Notes: generated from the sequence alone by a model not told the origin. A stretch of DNA of 64,000 bases from Sminthopsis crassicaudata (GCF_048593235.1 NC_133618.1:46100478-46164477), one strand, 5' to 3'; positions 34,990 through 48,183 are shown, counted from the first letter of the stretch. Numbers and translations are program-made.

Positions 34990-36330
34990 ATGTCCAATTT
35001 CTCTTCCTCTATGACAATTCTTCAAATACTTGAAAAGACCTATGGTGTGACCTCTGACGTTCCTCTTCCTTAGGTAAAATACCTCCATTTCTTCAACTGA
35101 TCATCCCTGATATGTCTCAAGACCCTTAACCATCTTAATCATCCTTCTCCATCTGTTCTCCAGCTTAATAACACTGCTTCTAAAACTAAACATAATATTC
35201 CTATGTTCTGGACAATACTCTTCTCTAAATTCAGCAAGACAGCTCCACATTTTTTAACCATATACTTTTAGAACATGTTGAAGTCTCCTAAAATCTCTAG
35301 ATCTTTTTCATTTCTTTTTCCAAAGCTGCTAGGTGGATAATAAAGTGCTGAAGTAGGGAAGACTCATCTTCCTGAGTTCAAATTTGACACTTCCTGATTG
35401 TGTTACCCCTAGGCAAGTCACTTATCCCTGTTTGCCTCAGTTCACTCATCTGTTAAATAAGCTGGGGAAGAAAATGGCAAACCAATCTACTACTTTTGTC
35501 AAGAAAATGTCAAATAGGGTCATAAAGAGTCAGACATGATTGAACAACAGTCAACTTTTAAAATCCATGTTTAAGACTTTATCTATATTAAATTTCATGT
35601 TATTAGATTCAGTCTATTGATCTAGCTGTCCAAATCTATGTGGATCCTGTTATCAAATGTGTTAGCAATTCCTCCAACTTTGTGTCCCCTGACAATCTGA
35701 TAAATACGTCATCTTTGCACTCATCCAAATCATTGGCTTTTTCATATAGATTAGCAATTTGACTGGTGCTCCCAGGGAGCATCTTCTCAACCAGAACAGA
35801 ATACTTTCTTTCCATATAGACTTAAATAATTGCCTGGTACAGGAGGTGAGTTAAATGACTTACCTATATCAGAGAGAGAACCTGAAGTCTTCCTGACTCC
35901 ATGTTACTGTGTCTCTCAAATCATTGATAAAACTGTCAAACATCAGAAGTAAAAGGACTACATTGGAGATCTCACTTCCAATAGACAAGAACCTCTATAA
36001 CTATTTTTTAATGTAGTCGTCTTATCTGTCATATAATCAATCAATAAATATTTATTAATCACCTACTAGGTGCCAGACGAAAAGGAAAATAAGTCCCTGC
36101 CCTCAAGGAACTTACAACTTAATGGAAGAGACAATTTATAAGCAAATATATACCAAGCAAATTATATAGGATCATATTGTACTATAGTCTACTCTAGGCC
36201 ACCTCTCTCCATCTTATCCACAAGAACAGCGTGACACATTTTGTCAAATGATTTGCTGAACTAGGTAACGCATGTGGACAACATTCTCTTGATGCACCAT
36301 TCAAGTAACTGTCCTAAAAGGAATTAGAAA
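34990..36330 (-). mobile_element. CR1/L3 fragments interrupted by younger SINE and L2 pieces
   Basis: CTCCATTTCTTCAACTGATCATC, TTAAATTTCATGTTATTAGATTCAG and TCTTATCCACAAGAAC...TTTTGTCAAATG motifs. Confidence 0.5.
35325..35550 (+). mobile_element. MAR1-type CORE SINE
   Basis: tRNA head, CORE, and RTE-type tail AAAATGGCAAACC...GGGTCATAAAGAGTCAGACATGATTGAAC. Confidence 0.85.
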
Positions 36331-37049
36331 TAGCCTTAACTGTGACCCTAGACTGTCCCTTTCTGGATACAGAATCAAAAAGCACACTTTGAAACATTAT
36401 AATGTTTGTCATCTCATTTCTCTTCCATAAGAAATGTTCCATATGTTTTCTTTCAGACAATAGTGGTCTGATCATGTATGTGACTACTCACTGTGTGCTT
36501 CTCCAGGCACATTTTTGGGGGATTCTCAACTCACTTTGAGGTAAGGTTGGGGCAGACTGAGTATCAGTCTTTAGCCAAGAAGGGTAATTGAGAGGAGAAA
36601 TTGGGGCAGAAAGGATTAGTGTAGGGTGATGCTAGGAATAAGAGGGCTAGATTGGGTTGTAATATAACCTCAGTGGAGCCATGCAATTAGTGTGAGCTGT
36701 CTGCATTTCAAGTGAGCCTTGTCTACCCGGAGCAACTCATGCTCACTAATGAGCCCCAAACCCACAGCTGGCACAGATACAAGTCATCCACATGCTCACT
36801 ACTATTTACTATTAATTCATCCAATTTGAAGTTAATTCAGAATATAGAGGATTAACAAATTAATCCAAGTCAGCACAGAAAAGTACAATCATTACTTGAG
36901 TATTTGTGCTTTAAGAGTGCTTATCATGGTTTTATAATCTCAGCCATCCCTAGTATTAAGAATTAATTATATCACTTTTGGCCAGAAAGGACAGAGTAAC
37001 TGTAGAAAGAGCATTAGATTTTGAGTGAGAGGGAATGTTTGAAGACAGT

Positions 37050-37330
37050 TAGAGGAGATTGGACCACCCATCACATCCCACTCTCAGCACTTTCTCCACC
37101 CTCCTGATTATCTTGGGAAGGAAGTGACAGTCCTTGCCTGGGCCAGCTGTCCCATTGCTCTCCCAGTATCTTCTTTGACATTCTTTAATTTTATACCAGT
37201 TACTCTGTCTCTCCCCCAATCTCTCCTTTCCACCTATACACCATTGTCTTAAATGACTCCACACTGAGGAGTCTTTATCATCAGCATATCTCCCTTCCAT
37301 CTGACCTCCTAGGATCAATGATATCTGACT
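37050..37330 (+). mobile_element. L2 internal fragment
   Basis: CTTTATCATCAGCATATCTCCCTTCCATCTGACC...GATATCTGACTTGAACTC. Confidence 0.55.
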
Positions 37331-38625
37331 TGAACTCATTCTTCAATGATTAACACATTAATTAATTAACACATTTAATGATTAACAATGATTAATGATT
37401 AAGCTCTTTCTAATTTTATCAGTGTCACCAATGATTTCTTAATTTCCAAATCCCTACATTTCTTGACATCCACAGCTTTTAATATGATTTTATTTTTACT
37501 TTTTAAAGATTTATTGCTATTTTTTTGTTTTTGCAGCACTTTATTTTCAAATATGACCTCCATTCCTTCTGTATTGAGAGCCATTGCTTGTAAAAAAAAA
37601 AAAAAAAAAGAATAAAAAAGAAAAAGGAAAAGGAGTAATTCTATGAAACCAACTTCAATTGGATCTCATAACAATAATAATGAGTTGAACTTCAATAGAG
37701 ATGTTCTTATTATTGTTTATCTTAGTTGTTTTTATTATTTATGGAGCCAAGATTCAAACCTAGGCATTTTGCCTTTAAGCCCAGTCCTTTCCACAGTACC
37801 CTGCTCTACAAAATTCTAGCTCTACACACTACTACCTCTGTGAACTAGGGAATCAGTTTCCTCATCTGGTAAGGATGCAAGATGCAAGATCAGGTTTGGG
37901 ATAATTATCTTCTACGCACAGTCATAACATTTGGATTCTGAAAGGAATCTTAGAGCTTTTCTAGTTCAATGCTTCTTCATCTAAGGTATGTGAATTTGGT
38001 TTATATATATATATGTTGATGACCATATTTCAATATAATTGGGTTTTTGGTAGTTCTGTGTATTTTATTTGATACATTCAGAAACAATATTCCAAAAGAG
38101 GGTCCTTAAGTTCCATTGGATGCCAAATGAGTCTTTAATACCACACACACACACACCAGGTTAAAAACCTCTGAAAGAACCTCTTCTTCACATAAGAAAA
38201 AAGTGAAACAGAGAAAGCCAGTGACTTCTCACAATGCTTTACTTCTCTTCAGGTGTGAAGATCTGACTAAATAGTACTTATCAAATATTTCTCTTTCCCA
38301 TCAGTAAATAGTACTTTAGGTATTTGGCTTTTAATTCCCACTAAATATCCTACAACTATTTGAAAAAGCAATTTTATAAAATCTTCAAAACATGTATGTG
38401 TTTTGAAACTGAACTTCTCAAGTTTGACCTCAAGTGTGATTGAGGGAAGGCAATTCTAGAGTCTCCCTCCATTCATTATCTCCAAATGATACATATACAT
38501 AGATAATTTGTATATATCTTATCTGTAGATAGTTGTTGGCATGTGGTTTCTGACATTACACTATGAGCTTCTTGAGAAAAGAAACTTTTTTTTGTTTTCT
38601 TTTTATCCCTAATACTTAGCCCACA

Positions 38626-38862
38626 TGGCAGCTAGATGGTGCAATGAATAGAGAGCTGAGGCTGGAATCAGGAAGATTCCTCTCTGAGTTCAAATCCAGC
38701 CTCAGACATTTCCTAGATGTATGACCTTGGGCAAATGACCTAACCATTAATCTCAGTTTCTTCATCTGTAAAATATGATAAACCTCTCCATTATCTTAGC
38801 CAAGAAAACTCCAAGTAGGATCAAAAAAATTGGACAAAACTAAAACTGAACAACAACAAATT
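38626..38862 (+). mobile_element. MAR1-type CORE SINE
   Basis: GGCAGCTAGATGGTGCAATG...GAGTTCAAATCC...CCAAGAAAACTCC...(CAA)n tail. Confidence 0.85.
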
Positions 38863-39592
38863 TAGCACAGAGCCTCATACATTATAGGTGTTTAATAAAA
38901 TGTTTCTTGATTAACTGAAAAAGACAGAAACTGTCCAGACATCTTTAATATCTTGAATATCAAAGTAATGAGATGAGAAATAAAACATAGATAGGGCAAA
39001 TCATAAATATTTAACATGGAAACCTACATGTGATTTTAGAAGCAAAGAAAAGGAAGATTCTTACTTCTTACTTATTTATTTCCCTACTGACTACCCTTAA
39101 AAGTACCTGCACATTCACTGACACACAGAGACACATGTTTATGTTCTTTTGACTTAGGAATTCTTGTCTTGAAAAAATAAAAATATCCATAAAACTCATT
39201 AAATCCCACACATCGCAGAAGCCTCTGTGTAGATTAATTGTCTAGAGCCACAGAATCACAAAAATAATGAGGGAAAAAGAAAAGAAGTAGAGAGAATATG
39301 ACACCATTCTCCTGAGAAGGAAATAAGAATGGTAGAACCACAAGCCAGAAACCAGTGACCAAGTTTTCATTGCTTCCAATTGTGCCCAGGGCTAGCCCTG
39401 CTTTTAAAAGAAAAAGGATGGAGCACACGTTGCTCTTGTGCACTCATAAAAAAATTCCAAAAGATTTAGAAACCACTGTTTCTACTATTTACAATTTACA
39501 CATTGACTGAAATTTTAATACTTAAAGCTGCCAAAGTCCATGAGTTTTAAATATATATATATATATAATATCTTGGTAGAAAAGAAACTCAC

Positions 39593-39653
39593 CTCAAGGT
39601 CTGTTTAATTTCTCTTTTCTTGAATTATTTATTCAAACATAACCGGCTATATG
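39593..39653 (-). other. Candidate 61-nt minus-strand non-coding exon
   Basis: Near-ideal CTAAC branch, TTCTTTTCATTTCAG acceptor, GAG|GTGAGT donor. Stop codons in all three frames. Confidence 0.6.
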
Positions 39654-39799
39654 CTGAAATGAAAAGAAGTTAGACTTAAAGATTCTGAATAAAAATTGAG
39701 AAAAGAACTCCAAGATACTTGTTTTTTCTGGAAACTGTTTTAAGTTATGTGATTTCTCAATTCTATTAAATATGAAACAAAGATATCTTCTTATAGTTA

Positions 39800-40530
39800 A
39801 TCAGTTGATCAATAAGCAATTAAGTGTTAATTGTTGCAAAGCACTCTGATAAAGCTTGAAGATACAAAGAAAGATGAAATTGCTCTCCAGTCAAGGAGTT
39901 TACATTCTAATGGGGATAGAGGACATCGTGTAAATAATTAAGTATTTGCAGATATAAACAGAAAATGTAAGGTAATATCTTAGAGGAAGGCCCCAGCAAC
40001 CAGGAGAACTGGAAAAGACTTCCTGAATATTGAATTTGAGCTGAATCTGGGGGAAAAAGTCAGGAAAAAATAAAAAGTGAAGGAACAAGAAACATGGGAA
40101 ACAAGTGATCGATGAAAAGCCATAGACAGGGATGTGTGAGGAACAGCATATAAGGCAGGCTCTCTGGAGTGCATAAAAGATACTGGAAACATAGAAAAAG
40201 ACCAGATCATGAAGAATTTTAAAAGTCAAAGTAAAAAAAAATTTAAGTCAAATTAAATATTTTATATTCAATCTTAAAGTAGAAGCTATTAGAACCTACT
40301 GATTAAGAGAAAGTGATATGTTCAAACCTATACTTTGGGAAAAACACTTTGGCAACCAAGTAGATGATGAATTAAGGAAAAGAAAAGGCAAGAATAGTTT
40401 ATAGAGATAACAAGATTTGGCAACAGATTTAATATATGGATAACACCAAGTCATGATTTGGAGGATGATGGCACTCTCCACCATAAAAGGGAAGTTGAGA
40501 AAGGGGGAAAGTTTGGAAGGAAGAGAACAA
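39800..40530 (-). mobile_element. L2 3' region
   Basis: GCTCTCCAGTCAAGGAGTTTACATTCTAATGG...TTTGGGAAAAACACTTTGGCA... Confidence 0.7.
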
Positions 40531-40552
40531 TAAAGAGTTCCCTTTCCAAGGA

Positions 40553-41090
40553 CATGTTGGTTGGTTGTTGTCCTTCGTTCTCAAGGAAGGAACAAAATGA
40601 CATCACTGTATTAGAGTCAATTTATAGTGTGTCCAGCTGTGGCTGATGAGACTGGGGTGAGCTCAGAATACTCTGCCACAGGTGGGGCACAAATAATCCC
40701 CATGAACACTTCTGGGATGGCTTCTCTAACTTTGCACATCTCTTGTTTCTTCTAACTGAATTCAATTCTGCTTTCACAGCATCTTCTCCAATCTTGATGC
40801 ACCATGCTGAGCAGTCCTATGCCAGTATCCCCCATATCTCTAATTGATTGTAAAGTTCTTAAGCGGCCCCTTGAGAGTGTCCTTGTACCTCTTTTTTTGA
40901 CCATCTTATGAGCTTTTGTCCTGTGTGAGTTCTCCATAAAATAGCCTTTTTGGCAAGCATACATTTGGCATTCAAACAATGCGGCAATGGAGTTGGAATG
41001 CTTGGCAATTTAGTTAAAAACAAAAGGACCTCAATGTCTGGTTTCTTATCCTGCCAGATGATCTTCAGAATCTTTCTAAAACAATTCAAA
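40553..41090 (-). mobile_element. RTE (BovB-like) LINE 3' end
   Basis: ORF 40859..41089 NCFRKILKIIWQDKKPDIEVL resembles the RTE motif CLRKILxIxWQDKIPDxEVL. GQKKRYKDTLK lies in another frame. Confidence 0.85.
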
Positions 41091-41929
41091 TGGAAACTAG
41101 GAAACTAAATACCTTCCATTCTGACTTGTGGATTTTGAAATACCTACAGGACATACAGTTCAGGGTATTCAGAGTGCATTTGGTGATAAGATCTTGTAGC
41201 TTTGAAGAGAGAATAGGGTTAGATATGTAGATTTGATGATTATCTACAAAAAGATGATGATTGAACTTGTATTCTACTATGAAAAAGAAAATTAATTTAT
41301 TCTTGCAACAGCCATCACCTAAATTATTCAGATTGGAGTTAGATGTTATTGTATTATTGGGTTTTAATTACTAACATCTCATACTTTTATATCACTTCCA
41401 AAGTATAATTTTTATTGGTTAGTATTCACTAAATTTGAATTAACAAATTAAAAGAATTATTGATTAATGATAGAAGAGACAAGAACATATCCCTCCTTCC
41501 CATTCCTTTTGAAAACCATATCCCCCAGTCACCTAGGTGGAGTTCATCACTTGTTCAGAGGGAGATAGACTGCCTAAAAGATATGGTACTAGCTTTAGCT
41601 TTTGAAGGAAGTTAGAAACTCTGAAATAGGTAGGGGAACAGGTAGAGTGCTTGGTATAGAGTTAGAAAGATCCAAGTTCAAATTTGACCTGCGACCTTAA
41701 AAAAGTCCCTTCATCCTGTTTGAATCTAAGCAAGTCACTTAAACTCTCTAAAATTAAGTTTCTTTATCTTTAAAATGAATGGATTAAACTTGTACATGAT
41801 TATTTGCATTTTTCCTCATTTTTGGAATGAGAGTTGTTTGAAGGCAGAGACCATATTTTTTGTTCTTCTCTGTGTCCCTAACATTGAGTACCTTGCCTGG
41901 TAGATAGTAAGCATTTATTAAATGCTTGT

Positions 41930-42890
41930 CAGCCACTGGCTGGCCTCCTAGCTGATGGATCCATAGTACTACCGAGGTGGTACTCCCTCTAAATGTGCCT
42001 ATTGTAAACTATCAGCTTCCCATCTGGTGCCATCCTTGTCCAGATCCTTCCATAAATCCTTCTTAGGAGATTTAACCAACATAGTGGGAGGTTTCTCTAG
42101 ATCTCTTTTTATGCATCCATGGAATACAATGGGCTACCCATTGTTCATTCCTCTACCTCACCATTTGGCCAGTCAACTTTCCTTTCAGAGTCTGATGACA
42201 TCTTTTACAGCATTTCTTTGTCAATATGCTTCAAAATATTTACTCACACCATGAGTTTGTCTATTCCTCTTTCAATTGCTCACCTTGTTAATTCTTCATA
42301 GAGTTTGATCTTCCATAATTTATAGCCATATAATTAAGTCAAAAAACACTTATTAGGCACCTACTATGTATCAGGGACTATTCTGTCATTGGATGAAATG
42401 ACATGGTATCAATTTATGGATTTTTTTCATCATTAGGGGAAATCCAGTCATTAAAAGCATTATACAACTTCCCAAATACAATCTAGCTAACTTAGTTGCA
42501 TTTCTTTTTACTTCTCAGTCCAGTTTGTTATCATCTGGAATTACTAATCAAGATATATATTCAAATGGACTAGTTTCTAAAGGGCTGCATATCACAATGT
42601 GAGTAATAGCCATCTTTACCCATTTGGTTTTCCTGATATAGATAGTTGAAGTTACACTCATTTGAGAGATTATGAGTCACATTCAAAAAGTTCTGCAGTA
42701 TTTTAAGGCTTGACATAATAAGCATAATAGCATCCACAAATAAGAGGGGCATCTAGAGGATTCCCTCTTCCATTTGTACTAAGTGCTGGTCATTTTACAT
42801 GACCACAGCAAATGCTTTTGGTGATCATGTCTTCCTGTTTTGTGTTTGTTGCTTGGACAAATTAATAAGTCAAATTTATCCTCTCTATCT
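41930..42890 (-). mobile_element. RTE-clade LINE 3' portion, interrupted by an L2 tail near 42330-42390
   Basis: ORF 42570..42752 LLFVDAIMLI corresponds to the LFADDIVL motif. KQGD-SPK-FA and GKTKW-like segments are present. Confidence 0.7.
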
Positions 42891-43400
42891 ATATCATTTT
42901 AAAGACAACAGCAGGACCATGCTTTATACATCTTTTCTTCCTCTTCTTTTGCTCCACCCCAAGCAGTTTCATATAGAATTTTGCATGTAAAAAATAATCA
43001 GTATTTGCTCAATGAATGAATAAATGATTGTTTCTTCCTGAATTCATCCTTCCTGGTCAAAATAATCCTAATCTCATTAGTTTTCTTCTTAAGGTAGCTA
43101 TTTCATTAACCTGATTAGTTTAATTGCCTTTTTTAAACTTTCCACTGGGTATTTTTCCATTTCCACTGAATATTTTTCAGATTCAATGATCAGATGGCAT
43201 ATGATATTCCAGCTGTGGGAAAACAAAAATTTTACATAAATATTTGTCTCATTTGATTTATGGATATCCATAAGCCTTCAGGAAACTGGCAAATATATTC
43301 AGTGTCAAATTAGATAAAAATCACTGGCAAAAATAATAATAATAGTCACCATTTATATAACTCTTTAAGGTCTACAAAGCATTTTAAATGTCATTTCCTT

Positions 43401-43512
43401 TGATTCCTAGAATCAACAACTCTAAGAGGAAGGTGATTTGATCCCTAGGATCAACAACTTAGGAGAAAGGTGATTTGATCCCTAGGATCAACAACCTTAA
43501 CAGGAAGGTGCT
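43401..43512 (+). repeat. Three tandem 37-38-bp copies inside a MIR
   Basis: TGAT(T/C)CCTAG(A/G)ATCAACAAC...AAGGTG repeated three times. Confidence 0.85.
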
Positions 43513-43659
43513 ATTTTTATTCCCATTTTGCAAATTAAAAAAATCAGGGCTGAAGGGATTAGGTGATTTGTCAAGATTAATACAGCTAGTGTATGTCTGA
43601 GTGTCTGAGAAGTAATTCAGTGCTTCTCAATTCTACCCACTGCAGCATCAAGCTTCAGA

Positions 43660-43990
43660 ATATTCCACTGACATCTCAAACTCAAAGTGTCCCAAATAAG
43701 TCTTTTCCTCCAAACTCTCCCCCTTTCTGAATTTCTCTATTCTGTTGCAGGTTTCACCATCCTCCAAGTTACTGGGCTCATAATCTTGGTGTCAACTACA
43801 TTTAGCCCATGTGTCCCATCTGCTGCCAAAGTTTTGTCATTCCTCCCTTCACGACATTTCTTGTATGTGTGCTCTTCTCTGCACTCAATAGACACTTAGT
43901 TTAGTCCCTCATCACCCTCAACACCCTCTCTGCCTCAAATCCCTCCTCATTCCCCTCCATCCTCCATCCTTTACCCTCAACTTGTTTTCT
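43660..43990 (+). mobile_element. L2 fragment
   Basis: CATCTCAAACTCAAAGTGTCCCAAAT...TTCACCATCCTCCAAGTTACT. Confidence 0.75.
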
Positions 43991-44029
43991 CTCCCTATTT
44001 CCCTGGTTACACCTCTTACTCCTATTCTT

Positions 44030-44770
44030 TAAAGGTTGCATTCACCACCTCTTGCCATTTGCTCACACCCACCATCCATCTTTCCATTGTCCTCTGTATG
44101 ATAATCAAAATTAGTGTTTCAGAATTGCTGTGTTCAGGATCTCACCATCATATAACTCTGATAAACCATTGGTATAAACACAATGGCCATTTGTTTCTAG
44201 CAGGAACTTAGTGATGTTAAAGGAGCTTTGCCATATCTTGACTTTAATCTATCCTACTCTTCTCCTTTTCAACTCTGGACACCCCCCCCCCAAGTCTATC
44301 TGTGTCAGATATACATAAGCTCTATGGGACGTTCATCCAAATAACTGCATACATAATCTTATCAATAGTTATTTTTTATCCATTTTGGTCTTTCCTTTGT
44401 GGATGGTTAGGCCAAATTCTTTTAAATGGATAAGGATTTCTTCAGATATTGTGTGAGGTTATGTGACTTGGGGTAAAAACCACAAATATCTTGGCAAACA
44501 AAGACCTTACTCACCACAGTGAATCCCTTTACAATTAGAATTTTCTCCAAATCACCTCCACTGTAGTGGCAAATATCTTTTCAGGCTTCTATCTCTTGAT
44601 TTTATGCCTTGTCTGATTTCATGACTAGAGGTTGAACCAGATTGTATTTGTTATTACATATTTCAATGAATCTTCAATAATTTTGATGTGTGGATGGAAA
44701 ACAGCTCGTTGAAAGAGAGTTTTGGAAGTAGAATTTTACTCTACCAAATCAAATGCTTTCTTATAATTAC
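44030..44770 (-). mobile_element. RTE-clade LINE RT fragment (second copy)
   Basis: Reverse complement: KAFDLVE...HIKIIEDSL...GIKSRD...FA...KEFGLTIHKGKTK, with frameshifts. Confidence 0.75.
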
Positions 44771-44799
44771 CAAATAATAAGAATAAGATCATGTAATCT

Positions 44800-45186
44800 T
44801 TTAAATAAAACCTTTTATTTTCAAAAAATATGCATAATTTTCAACGTTCATCCTTGCAAAACCTTGTGTTTCAAGTTTTTTTTCCTCTCCCTTCCTCTCA
44901 CCCTCTCCCCTACATGACAAATAATCCAATATATGTTAAATGAGCAATTCTGTAAATATTTCCACAACTATCATATTGCACAAGAAAAATCAGATTAAAA
45001 AGGGGAAAATGAGAAAGAAAACAAAATGTAAGCAAACAATAACAAAAAAGTGAAAATACTGTGTTATAATCCCCGCTCAATCCCCATAATTCTCTCTTTA
45101 GGTAAAGATGGTTCTCTCTATCACGAGACCACTGGAACTGGCCTAAATCAGCTTGCTGTTGAAAAAAAGCATGTCCATCAGAATTG
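44800..45186 (-). mobile_element. L1 3' end with perfect 15-bp TSD
   Basis: AAGATCATGTAATCT at 44785-44799 and 45187-45201. Confidence 0.9.
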
Positions 45187-46269
45187 AAGATCATGTAATC
45201 TCTCCATCTTTCAATCAATTGAAAAATGTATGGATGTAGATAAATCAAATCAAATCAAATCTTCAATAGTGTTTAAAATATCAGGATTGGGTTCTACTTA
45301 TCTAAACTCATTGTATCATTGCCAGTTCTCTTTTTCACTGAATGACATAAACTGAGCTGAAGGGGACAAGTATTTAGGTGAACTTATTGAAAGAAAATCC
45401 TATGACAACTCTCTTTCCATCAAGATTTCTTCTATGAAAGATATTTCTTCTTCTCTTAAAGTTGATTAATGACCAGGTTTCTAAATCTAAAAGAAAATCC
45501 CAAACTGCGGCAATTATCCACACAATTATAGAACTCTACAGTTAATTATAGCTAGCATATTAGTTCTTTAAGGTTTTCAAACTAGTAAATATAATCACAG
45601 TTCATTCTCACAACACTTGGATACATCATTATCTCTTTTTTGCCTATAAATCAAACAGAGGTTAAATAGCTTGCTCAAACTCTTGGGCTATTACAGGTCT
45701 GAGTCTGGATTCGAAATCAAGTCTTCCTGATTCCAGGACCAATATGCTGTGCAGTGCACCACTTAGTTACCTATAATTATAATTATCCATCCTCGAAATG
45801 ATAAAGATAAGATTAAAAAAGCCACATCTAATAGAAAAGGGGGAAAATCTACAAAGTCAAATCTTGCCCAGAAAATAAAAAACTCATCTTTTAAAAGGTT
45901 TTAAAAATGGAATATTGGCTATAGCTGTAGTTTATCTAATAATTTAATAGAAGGAAGTGATAGAGTTGGCAAAACTATTCTGTTCAGATTGTGAGCATTT
46001 TCAGGGAAAGGACTGTCTTTTGCCTCTTTTTGTATCCCTAATGCTTATCACAACACTTGGCATATAGTAGGTGCTTAATAAATGCTCGCTATTGACTGAA
46101 ATTAATTTAATCAAAGGTCATCTTGCCAAAGTCGTTGAAACCAAACGGAGAACAATAAATTTCCAAACTGACTGTAGATCATCAAAGTATTTTTGAAATA
46201 TGTAATATGAGCAAGGACAAAGCCTGTGTCTTATGGAGTGCTTGTTCTATTTATACTAGAAAAAATATG

Positions 46270-47350
46270 TTTTTCCATTGCCAGCTAGTCTCGTATTGCA
46301 TCAGCCCTGAAAGCCCAAGTCAAATGCAGCAGCCCCGAAGCTGAAAGAAAATGGAAGTCTAACCCAGAAAGAGAAACTGCTTTTCCCCCATGCACTGGAG
46401 AGGTGTAGCTTTTCAGAATATTATCTGCATGTGAGGTCCTCCCAGAGGTGATTCTATTAGATCTCCCGTGCTGTGGTATAACATAGCAAACAACTATCCC
46501 ATTATCTCAGGGCACTTTCTAGTTTGTGTGAAACCCATAAAGTGCAGCTTCGAGACACAGAATGTAGCATTCATTAGAGAGCTAGTTAAAGGCTGCTAAT
46601 GGGATCCTTTGGCTACTTCTTCCTGCCGAGTTATTTGGAGGAGGTCCATGTTCCAAACCACATCCATCTCAGATGAAATAAATTCTCTTTGCAAATTCAT
46701 ATTACCAAACACCCCCCAAAATGTGTAAAAAGAGTCTGCCTGATTTCATAGTCTCCAGCCCCCCCTGACAATGGATTTTTGTGTGAAAATATCAAAATTC
46801 ACATAACAAAGACAATTCTGGGGAGGATCAAAAATAGAAACCATTATTGGAATATAAAAACATTTTAGTTACTTAAGAACCCTCATTGCTAAGAAAAGCA
46901 CACTCTCATTAAACTACATTTGCTCAATAGGCAATTTTTCCCCTTTTAATTTTCATAAATGGATCATGTTGAAATGTATTCCCTCTAACAAAGACTACGT
47001 ATTGCCCCCAAATGATATAGTATCTTCAAATTTTAATTAATGTCGAGAGCTTTATTTTGATTCCAAGTAACTTATTAAAAACATGTGATTAATATAATTT
47101 AATTGGGGAGGGGAAATAAGCGGCATTTGTTTTCTATTTTTTAAAAAAAGGTGGTTCTGAAACTCTGGCCCTGTCAACATCGTTTAAACATTCCCGTTCT
47201 GTGGCTCAATGTAATAAATTAAATCAGCATTTTAATTGTGCCCATATTTTGTGGTTCCTGGTAGTACAAAAAAGATCTTCTGTGAATGCACGTCCTCTCC
47301 ACCCCATCAAAAAAAAAAAAAAAAAAAAACCCTACCGAGTGATTAATTAC
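46270..47350. promoter_or_regulatory. Candidate conserved non-coding element / enhancer
   Basis: About 1 kb with no recognisable repeat, about a dozen CpGs, homeodomain and MEIS motifs. Inference only. Confidence 0.35.
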
Positions 47351-48183
47351 TAGTCTGGAAGATATAAATATGCCTTTCAATAAAGACAGTATGGACTGCA
47401 GGAAGCTTTGGCCTTATACATCTCTGTAGGGTGCTTTTACTTAGCAGACATCCTCTTAATTCAAACAAGATTCCTGTTCCAGTACTCACTGACAGCTTGA
47501 CCATCCTTCCCTCTTCATCTATTAAACTGTATATTTATTTTAATTAGCATAATTTATACATATTTAAGACTGGGAGAAAATGCAAGCAAAGCTGTTGGTT
47601 TTCTATAGAATTTTCTCAATATCTCTTCTCTCCCTCCCTTCTTACATAAGAAATCAGAGAGAACAATAGAAAGTAACCTTGAACATGACATCCCCAAAGC
47701 AACACTTTTATGCCTCCTCTTTTCGGTCAGACTCTGTCATTATTCACCCTCTTTTCAGAATCAAAGTTGTTGGCAGAGGGGCCCCAACTTTAAGACAAGG
47801 GGCACATTCTGAAAAGTCTCTTTGTTCAACAGAAAACTGCTTTTCTCAATTGAGTTTCTTGTCTACTACTCGGATTAAGGAGCTATTTTGATCTTTAGAA
47901 AAGACAGCATTTCTCAGGAAGGACTTAAGAACTTGTGTACATGTCCTCAAATCTTCGGTCCCATAATTTGTGAGATTTTGAAATTGATCTCTCTAAAGCC
48001 AGGATAAAGAAGGCAGAATTCCTCAGATAATTCAAGGGAAAATCTGACAACAGTCTAATTTAGCTTTGTTATTTTTTTTTAATAAGAAGCAGAAAAGAAC
48101 CCGGTTTTCTCCAAAGGAAGAATGGTTGTGTATGATTTTTTTTATTTCTTTTTTAACATTGATAATATTGCTAAACACTATGT

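Noticed and set aside
43401-43512. Repeat-spacer look-alike (CRISPR-like)
   Set aside because: Eukaryotic context, the units are contiguous degenerate tandem copies within a MIR, and there are no unique spacers or cas genes.
44505-44520. Consensus minus-strand donor GTG|GTGAGTAA
   Set aside because: Lies inside a decayed RTE RT fragment with no strong matching acceptor.
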